A stretch of 64,000 bases of DNA from Candidatus Falkowbacteria bacterium (GCA_003514005.1 DOSJ01000012.1:26508-90507); one strand, 5' to 3'. Counted from the stretch's first letter, positions 1 through 11,131 are shown. Made by a program: numbers and translations. Notes: generated by a model from the letters alone, not told the origin.

Positions 1-1
1 C

Positions 2-3000
2 GGCGGTGGAACGCAGATTGCCGGCGGTACTGCCGGTACGGGATCCAATAACGGAACGGCGGGCGCTTTGACGAATGGCGGTGCCGGCGCGGATGGACGC
101 ATAGCTCAAGGCGCGGATGGCGGCGGAGGAACAGCCGGTACCGGCGGCGGCGCGGCCGGAGGCTTGGGCGATGCTTCAAATCGTTATGGCGGCGCGGGCG
201 GTGGCGCGGGCGGTTATTATGGCGGCGGCGGCGGCGGCGCGGGTAATGGCGGCGGCGCTGGCGGCGGCGGCGGTTCTTCTTACGCAACTTCGACCGCGAT
301 CGCGACCTCGACTAGCGCCGGATCAGGCATTAATCCCGGCAATAGCAGTGATGAGGACTATCTTGCGAGCGCGGGCGTAGCCGGTAGCGGTGGAAATTAT
401 CTGAGTGCCGGATCCGTTGGCAATCCCGGCCTGGTAGTTATCGAATTCACGCCTGCGATTACGATTGCCGGAAAAGGAACAGATGCTTATCAGATAAGCC
501 TGAACAGTGATAACTATATTTCAGCGCAGATTAACAGTCAAAGCGTATCCACGCCAATTTCTTCCGGCTGGCACCATATTGCCTTGACTTACGATCAAAA
601 CGCCGGCGGTACGGCCGAAATGAAACTTTTGCTTGACGGCGTAGTAAAGAGTACGGCTGACTATTCAACCGCGATCAATGCCAATACCAGCCCGATAATT
701 ATTGGATCAGCCTTTAATGGCACGATTGACGAAATGCAGATTTCAAACTTCGCACGCCATCCAAGCTGGATTGAGACCGCTTATAACAATCAGAATGATA
801 ATAGCTCCTTTTTGACAATCGGGAGCGAGGGGACGGTCGCATCATATTTTGAATCAGCTTTGATCGTTTCTGTTCCGGATAATCCTGACTTTGCTACCGG
901 CTACAAATGGCAGGTTAAGGCCTGTGACGACGATGGTGATTGCACTTCTTGGGATCAGTATAATCCGACAACACCGAATTTCAAGATAGACACGACCAAT
1001 CCGTCCGCGCCCGGGCAATTAACAGAAAACAGCAAAACCTCGAATTCGGTAACACTAAATTACGGTTCGGCGACTGATGAGGATAATTTTACCGAATACC
1101 GCGTTTATTATTCAACCAACCCGATCGTAACCGAAGCGGATAGCCTGTACGGCTCTACATCGGATGCTAATTTGCTTTCAAAAACGTATAATGGCATTAC
1201 GAATTTTACAATCAATAATCTGAATCCGGCAACAACCTATTATTTCAATATTTGGGCATACGATGTTGTCGGTCATAAAGCCAGTTCGACCGTTACTTCG
1301 GTGGATACGAATGATGCCGTATCTACTCCGGGCATTATGTTTTATGCCAAAAATGACCGCGCGATCTATTACCGTGTTTGGGACGGGGCCGCTTGGGGCA
1401 CTGAGCAATCCAGCGGCAATGTTACGGCGCTTGGCGACAATATTCGCCATATTCGTACAATCCGAAGTGACAACGGAGCCAAGATCGGGCTTCTTATAAA
1501 GACTTGGGATGGTACGAATCAAGATTGGTATGGCGCGGTTTATCGTTACGCGGCGGATGATTTTGTCAATGTCAGCGCCCTGGGAACATCATGGGCGAGC
1601 GCGACGAATAATGACCTAATGACTGCTTGTATCACTCCTTTGTCCGGCGGAGAATTTGTGATTGTCCGTAACAATAATGCCGGCAACGGCGCTATCGCTT
1701 TTTCATGGGATGGAATCGCCGGTTGGACCAGCGAAGGCCTTGTTCCGGGAACGGATACGACCGGAAAATTTGGCGTTATGAACGGCTGTAACCTTGTCCG
1801 TAGACCCGGCACAGACAATTATCTGCTTTTGACTTTTGATGATACGCAATACGTCGGCAGTATGTATTATTTTGGCGGATCGACTTTTGATAATTCCAGC
1901 GCGTCTTGGACCAGCTGGGTGGACCATGCCAGCGCCGAAGAAGATATTAATAATTTTGTCGGCGATGCTTTCTTTGATCCGTCAAACAATAGCCGCGGTG
2001 CGTTGTATTATTCCAACAGCACTACAAATAATTACGCTTATGCAAAATATTTTACGTGTGCAGCCAATTCGATAAATTTTGGCGGATCTCAGCCTAGTCC
2101 GGCGGTTGCGCCGAATGATTGGGGCGGTGATTTTGTCCATGGTGAATTTGCGTCAGATCCGGGCGGAACCGGTATTGCTTATTTTGTCGGCCGCGATGTA
2201 AGCGGCCAGTTGAATGCTTATCAAGTGAACGCGTCTAATCCGACAATTTCTTGGTCAACCGTAACGAATGGCGACAATATTTCCAGCGGCAATTTGTATA
2301 GCCAAGCCAATTACGCACAGACGCCGTTTGCCACAAAATTTTACAAAAGCGGAAAAGGATTGGTATTGGGCAACTACTCTTCGGCACTGGCGCCATTTTA
2401 TAGCGTAATAACGACCAGTGGCAATACGCTTTCCGCCACCACATCGGTCGAAGGCGCGGAAGCGAATATTTATCCGCGCGTTCGTTTGTATGATGATCCG
2501 AACGAAGATGAAGTGGTTGCGATTTTCCAGAATGATGATATTGATTATTCCGCCGCTTTCTGGGACCCGGGCAATGAGCGGTTTTACAATTCTGGCAATC
2601 AAGCTTGGACACAGCTTGTAACCGGTTCCGGCGCGGCGGATGCCGATTTTGAATCAACCTCTTTCGGTTATGTTAAATACAATTCCGCGCCCTTGGCCCC
2701 GACAAATCTTGAACAATACAAATCAAGCGGTACCACCACGATTGCCAATTTGGGCTGGACAAATGAGAGCACGGTCAGACTTAGCGCATCGGTTTTTGAT
2801 ATTGACACGCGGGAAGCGATCCGTATTTATTTGCAGTTGATTACGAATAACGATACTTTTGCCACTACTTCAGACTATACGACTTTCAATCCATGCGCGT
2901 CATCAGCGTCTTGGACAGATTGCAATTCAAAAATTTGGCTGGTTGCATCCAGTACCTCTGGCGATTACAGCGTAACACCTTATACGGCGACAGCCACGAT

Positions 3001-6000
3001 TACAAGCATTGCCAGTTCGACTATCGGCTATAAATGGCAGATGCTTTCTTGTGATGACGAGGATGAATGCTCGACCTGGCAAAAATTCAATGCAGTAACG
3101 CCAAATTTTTATGTGGATACAGAGGCGCCTTCCGCACCCGGCAATCTAAGTATTGGCGGAAAAACCAGTCAAACCGTTACCTTGACCTATGGCGCGCCGA
3201 CCAACGAGCCGGCAGTGAGCTTTTTGGAATACAAGATATTTTACAAGATCGGCGCTTCGGGCGTAACCGAAGCGAATACCCCTTGGACTCAGGCGAATGA
3301 CGCGAATCTGTCTAGCCGTACTTATAATGGCGCGACTTTTACGACTATTAACGGCCTGGCTTCATCTACGCAATATGTATTTAATATTTGGGCATATGAC
3401 AAGGCTGGCAATAAGGCAACGGCAACAGTGGAGATTGCGACAACGACGAGCGCTTTACCGGCGGTAAGACAATCATCGTTTATTTGGGAGAATGATAACG
3501 GCGCAAATGTGAATTCCAACGTGTCCGCCACGGCCGCATCAACGACGCTTAGCAATATTAAAATCGGAACGCGCTTGGCGGCAAGACTACAGATCGAAAA
3601 TATCGGCGGCGATGATAAGTTGAATAATATTTACAAACTGCAATATGAAAACTATACTGACGCGGCTGGTACTTGGCTGGATGTTACTTCGACAACAAGC
3701 GTAAGCTACGGTCCGGGATTATCTGGCGCAAATAACGATGCGATTACCGCCTATAAGGCCGAAGCGAATGCCAGAACATGGCATAACGGCGCTTGGCAGG
3801 AAAATACCGGAACGACCGGAAATATTTCTTTGGCTTACAATGAATATACCGAATTGGTCTTTATGATTAACACAAGTAATGCCACGACTTCCAAAACATA
3901 TCGACTTCGCGTGTATGATGTTACGGAAAATAAAGTATTGGCGGATTATGCCAAGTATCCGGTTTTCTCAACCGTCGCTTCGGATACGACCAGGTATTCC
4001 AAGGGCCTGATTACGCCTCTACCGACAGTTAAGACCGATTTGGAATATTATTTTGATCCATTGGGTTATAACGATGTTTTAACGGACAATTCAATCTATG
4101 ACACAGCTACATCCGCCGCGAATTTTCCGGTTTTCTTGTTTGCCACTAAACATACAAACAGTACGGATGCGGCATCCAGTACTTGGAACGGGCAATCGTC
4201 TGTCAGTACCATAACAAACACCGCGATATTGCAAGTTTATCGCTATGGCACGACCAACGCCTGGGTAACGGTTGACACAGAGGCGACAATCGGCGCGAAT
4301 ATTGATTTTACTTTAAGCGGAGGCGTAAATTCGTCATTATCCGAATACTATGGTCCGAATAATTGGATCTATTGGCGCGTTTATCAAGTAAGTGGAACAG
4401 AGGCTTTGCGTACTGATTTTTATAATGCAAACTTTGCACCAGCCGTTCCCGATGTCTCTCAACTGCATTACCGCTGGCGTGCGGATAACGGTACGGAAGC
4501 GACCGCTACCTGGCTCGAGGATGAAGACGCGAACAGCCCGACTACAGGATCGGAAATCGGCGTTGGTTCGACTACAAGGCTACGCATAGAAGTAGCGAAT
4601 ACCGGAGGCGGTAGCGCGACCGATTATAATTATCGCTTGGAATATGCCTCGTCCAGCCTTGGTTGCGCGACTGACCCAGGCGATTGGCGGACCGTGCCGG
4701 TAACCGTATCGGCCGGAGAGCATTTTGAGATGATTGATAGCGCGTATTTCGGGGACGGTACAACAACGGTTGCGCGTTTTGCAAATAGTGAAACATACAC
4801 TTTCGTTGCTGGTGACATGGTCGAGGATCCAACGAATGCTTCGGCTAATCTAAGTCTGACTGAGGGGCGTTATACGGAAATCGAGTACGCATTTTCGGTT
4901 ACTAGCGATGCGGACGCAGCGCAAACTTATTGTTTCCGTGTAACCAGAAATGGAGCGGTTTTAAATAATTATGCGATATATCCGTCAGTAACGCTTTTTG
5001 GAAGTACGAATATCGCGCCGGCATATAGCGTTTTGCCGGGCGATTACGATTCGGACGGCGCTTCGGCCTCGACTTCTCCAACGAATATGGGAGATAATAT
5101 TACGTTTCGCGCGACAGCCGGCGATGTCGCGGGCGACCAATACTATTTGGCAATCTGCAAAAGCGCAAGCATAAGCGCCGGCAACGACACCGCGCCGACT
5201 TGCAACGGCGGCGCTTGGTGCGTTTCGACTGCGACCGCAAGCGGCACGGAAGCTTCTTGTGTTTATACCGCCGCAACCACGACAGAATCAAATACTTGGT
5301 ATGCCTATGTCTGTGATAAAGTATTCGGTTTTGGACAAGCAAAGTGTTCGGCTTATTCGCAGGGAGCAAGCTGGTCGGCTTACGCCTCGCCGTTTGCGAT
5401 AAACCATGCGCCGAATTTTACGTCCGTTGCGACGGTTGAAAACAACAAGAATCCCGGACAGACATACCGTGTTACCGCGTACGTAACCGATACGGATGTT
5501 GATGGCGGCGCTGACACTATGGATTTTTTCGTTTGTGGATCTGCCGGCGCGACAGTCGCGGGTTGTACCGGATCCACGCTTTGTTCCGAGCTTGCGACGA
5601 CATCGCCGAACGCCTCGTGCGTTTTTGCCACAACCACGCCCGCCTTGGCCGGCAATTACGATTACTACGCGTATATATTTGACAGCCATGATTTTCCGGC
5701 ATCGCCGGCATCGCGCAACGGGACATATACTGTCAATAACACTGCGCCGGTTTTGGGAACATTGTTTTTGAATAATGGAACCATAATTATTTTAAACATC
5801 AAAGATGCTCCGGATACCTCCATATCAGCTATCAATTCTTCAATCGAAGATTTGAATGGTTGTCAGGATATTGAAAGCGCGGTTAGCGCGATTTATATGT
5901 CAAATGCCACAAACGGTTATAACTGTACCGCCGATGATAATGTCTGTTATCAGATCGCTCCGGCCGGATGCGTATTAAGTAATTGCGACGGTCCGACGGA

Positions 6001-6583
6001 CATGATTGCGACCTACACTTGTACGGCCGGGATGAAGTATTTTGCCGTTCCGACTGATAATCAATCTGCCAACAATCCTTGGAAAAATTATCAATGGTTG
6101 TCTTATCTTAATGTTTTTGACGGGGTAAATTACAGCGCTACAACGTCCGTTTCCGGAACAACAACCGAATTGCAGACCAATCTGGCAATAGAAGTACCGG
6201 AACAATGGATCGATTTTGGGACAGGTATATTTGCCGGTGAAAATACCGGAACAAATAATTCTACGACTACGATCGAAAATGCCGGTAATTCGCCGTTGGA
6301 TGCGAATATTCAGGGAACAAATCTTGGTGGCGTATCTTATGCGGGTTCAATTGATGTTGAATGGATAAAATTTGATCTTACTATCTTTGATTATGAACTT
6401 GGAACAAATGTTCTGAAAACAACCAATAAATTAGTAGATGTAGTTGCCCCGCGTTCTACTTCTTCCGCAACTCCAAGTTCTGATATCATGTATTGGGGTA
6501 TTGGCATCCCTCCCGTGGCTTATCCTGATACGTATATTGGCAGAAATACATTTATTGCCGTTATGGATGATGATAATTGGTAA
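2..6583 (+). CDS. Giant cell-surface/adhesin-like protein, 5'-truncated by the window edge (Gly-rich region, LamG-like lectin domain, duplicated FN3-containing modules, Cys-rich C-terminal repeats)
   Basis: Frame 2 is open from base 2; the ORF-track start at 68 is an internal TTG. Glycine tract GGAGGGAGGYYGGGGGGAGNGGGAGGGGGSSY. WHHIALTYD...LLLDGVVK...FNGTIDEMQISN resembles a LamG/ConA-like signature. Two copies of YKWQ..CDD..C..W....TPNF..DT..PSAPG...TS..VTL.YG....YYFNIWAYD lie about 700 aa apart. Confidence 0.8.
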   Translation, partial: GGGTQIAGGTAGTGSNNGTAGALTNGGAGADGRIAQGADGGGGTAGTGGGAAGGLGDASNRYGGAGGGAGGYYGGGGGGAGNGGGAGGGGGSSYATSTAIATSTSAGSGINPGNSSDEDYLASAGVAGSGGNYLSAGSVGNPGLVVIEFTPAITIAGKGTDAYQISLNSDNYISAQINSQSVSTPISSGWHHIALTYDQNAGGTAEMKLLLDGVVKSTADYSTAINANTSPIIIGSAFNGTIDEMQISNFARHPSWIETAYNNQNDNSSFLTIGSEGTVASYFESALIVSVPDNPDFATGYKWQVKACDDDGDCTSWDQYNPTTPNFKIDTTNPSAPGQLTENSKTSNSVTLNYGSATDEDNFTEYRVYYSTNPIVTEADSLYGSTSDANLLSKTYNGITNFTINNLNPATTYYFNIWAYDVVGHKASSTVTSVDTNDAVSTPGIMFYAKNDRAIYYRVWDGAAWGTEQSSGNVTALGDNIRHIRTIRSDNGAKIGLLIKTWDGTNQDWYGAVYRYAADDFVNVSALGTSWASATNNDLMTACITPLSGGEFVIVRNNNAGNGAIAFSWDGIAGWTSEGLVPGTDTTGKFGVMNGCNLVRRPGTDNYLLLTFDDTQYVGSMYYFGGSTFDNSSASWTSWVDHASAEEDINNFVGDAFFDPSNNSRGALYYSNSTTNNYAYAKYFTCAANSINFGGSQPSPAVAPNDWGGDFVHGEFASDPGGTGIAYFVGRDVSGQLNAYQVNASNPTISWSTVTNGDNISSGNLYSQANYAQTPFATKFYKSGKGLVLGNYSSALAPFYSVITTSGNTLSATTSVEGAEANIYPRVRLYDDPNEDEVVAIFQNDDIDYSAAFWDPGNERFYNSGNQAWTQLVTGSGAADADFESTSFGYVKYNSAPLAPTNLEQYKSSGTTTIANLGWTNESTVRLSASVFDIDTREAIRIYLQLITNNDTFATTSDYTTFNPCASSASWTDCNSKIWLVASSTSGDYSVTPYTATATITSIASSTIGYKWQMLSCDDEDECSTWQKFNAVTPNFYVDTEAPSAPGNLSIGGKTSQTVTLTYGAPTNEPAVSFLEYKIFYKIGASGVTEANTPWTQANDANLSSRTYNGATFTTINGLASSTQYVFNIWAYDKAGNKATATVEIATTTSALPAVRQSSFIWENDNGANVNSNVSATAASTTLSNIKIGTRLAARLQIENIGGDDKLNNIYKLQYENYTDAAGTWLDVTSTTSVSYGPGLSGANNDAITAYKAEANARTWHNGAWQENTGTTGNISLAYNEYTELVFMINTSNATTSKTYRLRVYDVTENKVLADYAKYPVFSTVASDTTRYSKGLITPLPTVKTDLEYYFDPLGYNDVLTDNSIYDTATSAANFPVFLFATKHTNSTDAASSTWNGQSSVSTITNTAILQVYRYGTTNAWVTVDTEATIGANIDFTLSGGVNSSLSEYYGPNNWIYWRVYQVSGTEALRTDFYNANFAPAVPDVSQLHYRWRADNGTEATATWLEDEDANSPTTGSEIGVGSTTRLRIEVANTGGGSATDYNYRLEYASSSLGCATDPGDWRTVPVTVSAGEHFEMIDSAYFGDGTTTVARFANSETYTFVAGDMVEDPTNASANLSLTEGRYTEIEYAFSVTSDADAAQTYCFRVTRNGAVLNNYAIYPSVTLFGSTNIAPAYSVLPGDYDSDGASASTSPTNMGDNITFRATAGDVAGDQYYLAICKSASISAGNDTAPTCNGGAWCVSTATASGTEASCVYTAATTTESNTWYAYVCDKVFGFGQAKCSAYSQGASWSAYASPFAINHAPNFTSVATVENNKNPGQTYRVTAYVTDTDVDGGADTMDFFVCGSAGATVAGCTGSTLCSELATTSPNASCVFATTTPALAGNYDYYAYIFDSHDFPASPASRNGTYTVNNTAPVLGTLFLNNGTIIILNIKDAPDTSISAINSSIEDLNGCQDIESAVSAIYMSNATNGYNCTADDNVCYQIAPAGCVLSNCDGPTDMIATYTCTAGMKYFAVPTDNQSANNPWKNYQWLSYLNVFDGVNYSATTSVSGTTTELQTNLAIEVPEQWIDFGTGIFAGENTGTNNSTTTIENAGNSPLDANIQGTNLGGVSYAGSIDVEWIKFDLTIFDYELGTNVLKTTNKLVDVVAPRSTSSATPSSDIMYWGIGIPPVAYPDTYIGRNTFIAVMDDDNW

Positions 6584-6624
6584 AGACACGAAAATATACG
6601 AATTAAAAACGAATATACTCGAAT

Positions 6625-7329
6625 ATGTTTATGCTGAAAAAAAAGAAAATAAAAATATTAGTTGGTGTTATATTGTTTTTTTGCATATTTTTTATCTACA
6701 AAACTTTTTTTTATCATGAAAAAATAGTTAAAATTATTACTTGCGAAGAGCAGTTTGATAATTTTGATGATGCATTGAAAAAAGTTGAGATATATAATTA
6801 TCGCAAAGATTTTGAGAACGCATCCAGTACGATTACTGGTGCTAATATCGCATGGCAAGAATTTTTGAAAATGAATCAAGCGGGAAAATGCGTGATATTT
6901 CAATCTGACACGAATCTTGCTAAAAAACTTTTTGTAATAACAGAGTCAATCAGCAAAGCACATGAGATTGCGCAGGAAAAAAGCTTTGAATCAGCCTGTC
7001 AGTTGGCGCTTACCGCTCGCGCTGATTTGTTAAAATTAAAAAAAGACAATAGTGCATACGATATCAGTTTGGAATTGTTTGATTTTTTTATCGAAATTGA
7101 TAAATTGGAAAAGGTTGAAAAAAAAGCCGAGGTTATGTCGATTTTGCCAGACTTGAAATATAAGTTTACAGGGTTAAAACAATATAATCCGAATGATAAT
7201 TTTTTGCGGATTATCAGCGAAATGGAAAAAAATATCGGCTATCTGGATAAATTTTTAGACGGCCCTGATTTTCAAAAAGCAAAAAGCGATTTAAGTGATT
7301 TGTTTTGGGAAATTTATTATGAATACTAA
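6625..7329 (+). CDS. Hypothetical membrane-anchored protein
   Basis: 234-aa ORF with an ATG start. N-terminal hydrophobic segment ILVGVILFFCIFFIY, the rest predicted helical. No recognisable motif. Confidence 0.6.
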   Translation: MFMLKKKKIKILVGVILFFCIFFIYKTFFYHEKIVKIITCEEQFDNFDDALKKVEIYNYRKDFENASSTITGANIAWQEFLKMNQAGKCVIFQSDTNLAKKLFVITESISKAHEIAQEKSFESACQLALTARADLLKLKKDNSAYDISLELFDFFIEIDKLEKVEKKAEVMSILPDLKYKFTGLKQYNPNDNFLRIISEMEKNIGYLDKFLDGPDFQKAKSDLSDLFWEIYYEY

Positions 7330-7448
7330 TTTTCAATTTTCAATTTTAAATTTTCAAACAATTTTCAATTTTCAATTTTTAAATTAATTTTTAAATTTGA
7401 ATATTGATTATTGATTGAATATTGAATATTGATTATTGAACATTGAAA

Positions 7449-8414
7449 ATGTTAAAAAAGCAATTATACTTTTTCATATTATCGGGCGCCATTATTCTTA
7501 CATCTGCCCATGCCGCCCTCGCCGGCTTCGGCGTTTCGCCGCCTGCTGTTATTTCGGACAAGATTTTACCTGGTTCGCATTTTGAGCAAAGGGTTACGCT
7601 GTTGCGATCTTCGGCAGAGAGCGTTTTGAACGCGACCGTAGAGATTAATGCGCCAGAGATTGAAGAATGGATAACTATCAATAAAGGCATGACCTTTGAA
7701 TTGCCTGCCGGAATAATCCAGGTGCCGATAATCATAAATATTGATCCGCCCAAAGACGCGGCAATCGATTCTTATTCCGGCAAGATCAACATTAATGTAG
7801 CGGAAAAAAATAATACCGGAGCCAGCGGAATCGAGCTTGGAGTAGGCGCGCAAATAAACCTTGATATACGCCTGACGTGCGATATTTATCGGGATTTTTT
7901 GGTGCGGGCAACCAATATTATTGATTTGGAATTGCCCAAAAAGCCTTGGGATCAGCCGATTTTTTCCTCGATTTTTCGGCGTTTGCAAGTGTCATTAAAA
8001 ATTGAAAATACGGGAAATATTGAGATTGCACCGTCAAAAGTTACGCTTGATATATATGATATTAGCGAAGAAAATTTACTGGAAACTGTTACTGATTTTA
8101 AAATTAAAAAAATTCAAGCTTTTCAAACAAAAGATGTGCTCGCATCGTTTCCAGTGCAAATCGATGCAGGGCAATATTGGGCTAAGGTTAGAGTGTACAA
8201 GGGCAATGATATTATCGCTTCTGAAAAGATTGCTTTTACGATAATGCCGGCAGGCGCTTTTAAAATAAGCGATTTATTGCCTTGGTCTGCGGTTTTTGCT
8301 CTGCTCGCTTTGATATGGTTTTTGCTTTATGCTGTTTTTAGGATAAAAGTTCGAAATATTATCATAAAACCATTTAGATTTTTCATTTTTGTATTAAAAA
8401 ATATTTATTTTTAA
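7449..8414 (+). CDS. Secreted/cell-surface protein with signal peptide and C-terminal TM anchor
   Basis: ATG at 7449 gives MLKKQLYFFILSGAIILTSAHAALAGFGVSPP, which is signal-peptide-like. C-terminal hydrophobic segment LLPWSAVFALLALIWFLLYAVF. The architecture is reminiscent of two-Ig-domain surface proteins. Confidence 0.65.
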   Translation: MLKKQLYFFILSGAIILTSAHAALAGFGVSPPAVISDKILPGSHFEQRVTLLRSSAESVLNATVEINAPEIEEWITINKGMTFELPAGIIQVPIIINIDPPKDAAIDSYSGKININVAEKNNTGASGIELGVGAQINLDIRLTCDIYRDFLVRATNIIDLELPKKPWDQPIFSSIFRRLQVSLKIENTGNIEIAPSKVTLDIYDISEENLLETVTDFKIKKIQAFQTKDVLASFPVQIDAGQYWAKVRVYKGNDIIASEKIAFTIMPAGAFKISDLLPWSAVFALLALIWFLLYAVFRIKVRNIIIKPFRFFIFVLKNIYF

Positions 8415-8487
8415 GATTAATATTTATTAATTCAAAAAAGAGATTTTGGCAATGGGTTTATGACAAAATCAATCGTCGCAAATCTGA

Positions 8488-8517
8488 TTGATTATTAATA
8501 GCCGCTTGTGTTATAAT
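8488..8517 (+). promoter_or_regulatory. Candidate sigma70-type promoter (TTGATT-18-TATAAT)
   Basis: TTGATT at 8488-8493 and TATAAT at 8512-8517, 20 nt upstream of the ATG at 8538. Confidence 0.45.
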
Positions 8518-8537
8518 ATAGGCAAGATAAAGATTTT

Positions 8538-10301
8538 ATGAATTCACTCAAATCGTTTTATATTAATACGCTGATTTTTATCGGAATAATAATATTCGTA
8601 TTTTTTTCCGGGTTTTTGATAATGAAAAATCTTGGGCCTTTGACAGTGGCTGCGGAAGAGGGGGATGATGAAATACCGCCGATTATCAGTAATATTAAAA
8701 TAAGTGATATTTCAGCAACTTCATCAATCGTGAGTTGGGAAACGGATGAATTAGCCGATTCTTTGATAAATTACAGTTTAAACAAGAATTATGGCATTGT
8801 TCGTGAGCCGCGCTTTGATAAAAAACAGCACGAGATTGTCATGGATGATTTATTGGCTGATACGACCTATTATTTCCGTATTACGTCCGCTGATGCTTCG
8901 GGCAATCAGGGCATATCCAGTGATCATGAATTTAAAACACCGAAAGATAAGCAAAGCTCCATAACCGGCGGTGAATTGAAAGCCAATACCGTTGAAATAG
9001 TTGATGAGCTTCTGGATCTTGTCAATAAAATATCCAGTGGCGATGAAAGTGAGAAAATTGATGACAAACTCGACGACAAAGGTAGGGGAGAACGGATGGA
9101 CGTTGACGGTGCTTTGGGTGAGATATTAGAAAAGCTCAGGCAGATTGCACTTGAAGAAAATCTGGAAACTAAAGATATCCAAACCGGAAAAGAGCTCGGT
9201 CGTCTGGAAGGTGGCGAAGGTAATTTGGAATATGTCTCACTGAAGGAAGTGCTTGAAATGCTGCAGTCTATAAGTAGCGAGGAGGCACTGGAAGTAATTA
9301 ATGAAGAAGTTAAAGAAAAAGCTGAAGAAATCGTTGCCCCGCCGACAATTATCTTGGATTATGCCGATGTCGAGGTTGGTACCGATTATGCGATAATTTC
9401 ATGGAAAACCGACAAAGAATCAAATACGATTGTATCATTGGCAGAGGAGAGCGACTATAAACCGGACGCGGAAAATCCATATATTTGGAAAGAGGGCGAG
9501 CCGGATTTAATGACGCTTGATCACGTTGTCCAGGTAACAGGCTTGCGCCCGGCTACCACATATCATTTTCAAGTGTCTTCAAAATCCGCTTTGGATTTGA
9601 CGGGCAAGAGTACGGACAAAACTTTTCGCACCAAATCAATTAAGCCGGAAATTTATAATCTACAAGTAGTAAAGATCGAAGAAGAAGCGGCGACCATCCG
9701 CTGGTCAACCAACGTGCCCTGTTCTTCAATCATTGAAATTACCAATCTGAACAATCAAGATACGAAACTAGAAGGCAACTCCAGCTTTTTGACCGCCCAC
9801 AATATTCGCGTTTCAAACCTGATTTTTGACACGTACTATTCCGCATTAATCAAAGTAGAAAGTGAAGACGGTGAAAAAGCGGAAAGTGATCCGATTACAT
9901 TTATTACGACTCGTGATAAGTATCCACCGGAAATTACCAAGGTCAACACCGAATCAACCATCTACCCCGGATCAGACAACAAGATCCAGACTATTGTTAG
10001 CTGGCGCACAGATGAAGAAGCGTCTTGCCAATTGTTTTATCATCAGGGTCTTGTGATCATGGACGAACCATTGTCATTGCCCAAGGAAGAAGATTATACT
10101 ATCAAGCATGTACAGGTTGTTACCAATTTTTTACCCGGCAGTGTTTACAAATTTTGGGTTACTTGTGAGGACAATGCCAAAAATAGCAAAAAGTCCGAGG
10201 ATTTTACTATGTTGACTCCTTCCCAGGAAGAAAGCATTATCGATATTATTATCAAGAACTTTGAGAGCTCGTTCGGTTGGGTAAAGAAGGTGGGTAAATA
10301 A
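8538..10301 (+). CDS. Membrane-anchored protein with four FN3/purple-acid-phosphatase-N-like repeats and an acidic coiled linker
   Basis: N-terminal TM LIFIGIIIFVFFSGFLIM. Repeats of the type ISDISATSSIVSWETDE..DS.I.YS....YYFRITS.D..GN, seen four times. Confidence 0.75.
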   Translation: MNSLKSFYINTLIFIGIIIFVFFSGFLIMKNLGPLTVAAEEGDDEIPPIISNIKISDISATSSIVSWETDELADSLINYSLNKNYGIVREPRFDKKQHEIVMDDLLADTTYYFRITSADASGNQGISSDHEFKTPKDKQSSITGGELKANTVEIVDELLDLVNKISSGDESEKIDDKLDDKGRGERMDVDGALGEILEKLRQIALEENLETKDIQTGKELGRLEGGEGNLEYVSLKEVLEMLQSISSEEALEVINEEVKEKAEEIVAPPTIILDYADVEVGTDYAIISWKTDKESNTIVSLAEESDYKPDAENPYIWKEGEPDLMTLDHVVQVTGLRPATTYHFQVSSKSALDLTGKSTDKTFRTKSIKPEIYNLQVVKIEEEAATIRWSTNVPCSSIIEITNLNNQDTKLEGNSSFLTAHNIRVSNLIFDTYYSALIKVESEDGEKAESDPITFITTRDKYPPEITKVNTESTIYPGSDNKIQTIVSWRTDEEASCQLFYHQGLVIMDEPLSLPKEEDYTIKHVQVVTNFLPGSVYKFWVTCEDNAKNSKKSEDFTMLTPSQEESIIDIIIKNFESSFGWVKKVGK

Positions 10302-10336
10302 TTAAAAATTAAGAATTAAAAATTAAGAATAAATAC

Positions 10337-11131
10337 ATGAGTTTAGGTAATTTATTGGGTTTTGGCGGGGGAGGGGGAAAGCCGATTAATAATAGTGGCG
10401 GAGGGATGAAGCCGGGACAGGTTTTGCGAAGAGTTGATTTTGAAAGAGAAAAACGTTTGAGTAGAACCGGAGTAAAAAGCGCTCTTGGGAGTGGGGTTTT
10501 GAATGTGAAAAGAATTATAACCGCAAAACAGAATAATGATGGAATGAGAAAAGGCGAAAAAAATATTACGCATCAGAAATTGAAGGAGGAGAATGTAATT
10601 GATTTGATGCGAAAAAAATATATCGGTAAAACCGAAGGACAGATTGAGAGAATGATTAATAAAGAGAAAGGTGTTATCGTTGAAGACGGTACAGAAAGAA
10701 TTCAATACGAAATGGAACGGAAAGATCGGAAAATTTTTGATAATATCATAACCGGCGGAGACGGGCCGAGTCGTGAAGAAATTTTAGCAGACGAGAAGAA
10801 GCATGAAAGATTCCAAAGACTGAATATTCTTGGCGTTCAACGGAGCCGTGAAAAAGACGATATGGCCAGCCAGCTTAGCGCGGGAAGACAGGTTGGAGAA
10901 AAGAATGCGATAAAAACCGTTTTGGGCAAAGGCGGCGTAAAAACCAACTATACGGATTTGGGAATAAATAATCCTTATGCCGGTTCAAGTATCAGCGCAT
11001 TGGCTAGGAAAAATAACACAGCGCCAAAGAATGTCGCAGTATCCGGTTTTGCCGGAACGGTTCAAATCGACAAAAAAGAACCAGACAGCGTTGTTTCGCC
11101 ACATGTAAATGTGCCGTTAAAAAGTATATAA
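10337..11131 (+). CDS. Hypothetical protein (Gly-rich N-terminus, charged)
   Basis: 264-aa ORF packed tightly between neighbours. No recognisable motif. Confidence 0.55.
   Translation: MSLGNLLGFGGGGGKPINNSGGGMKPGQVLRRVDFEREKRLSRTGVKSALGSGVLNVKRIITAKQNNDGMRKGEKNITHQKLKEENVIDLMRKKYIGKTEGQIERMINKEKGVIVEDGTERIQYEMERKDRKIFDNIITGGDGPSREEILADEKKHERFQRLNILGVQRSREKDDMASQLSAGRQVGEKNAIKTVLGKGGVKTNYTDLGINNPYAGSSISALARKNNTAPKNVAVSGFAGTVQIDKKEPDSVVSPHVNVPLKSI

Noticed and set aside
117-6205. Numerous 60-140-aa ORFs inside or antisense to the giant surface gene (e.g. 117-380, 2235-2657, 5288-5689)
   Set aside because: They lie within a single continuous 2171-codon frame that has clear domain content. GC-rich, stop-poor sequence generates such shadow ORFs.
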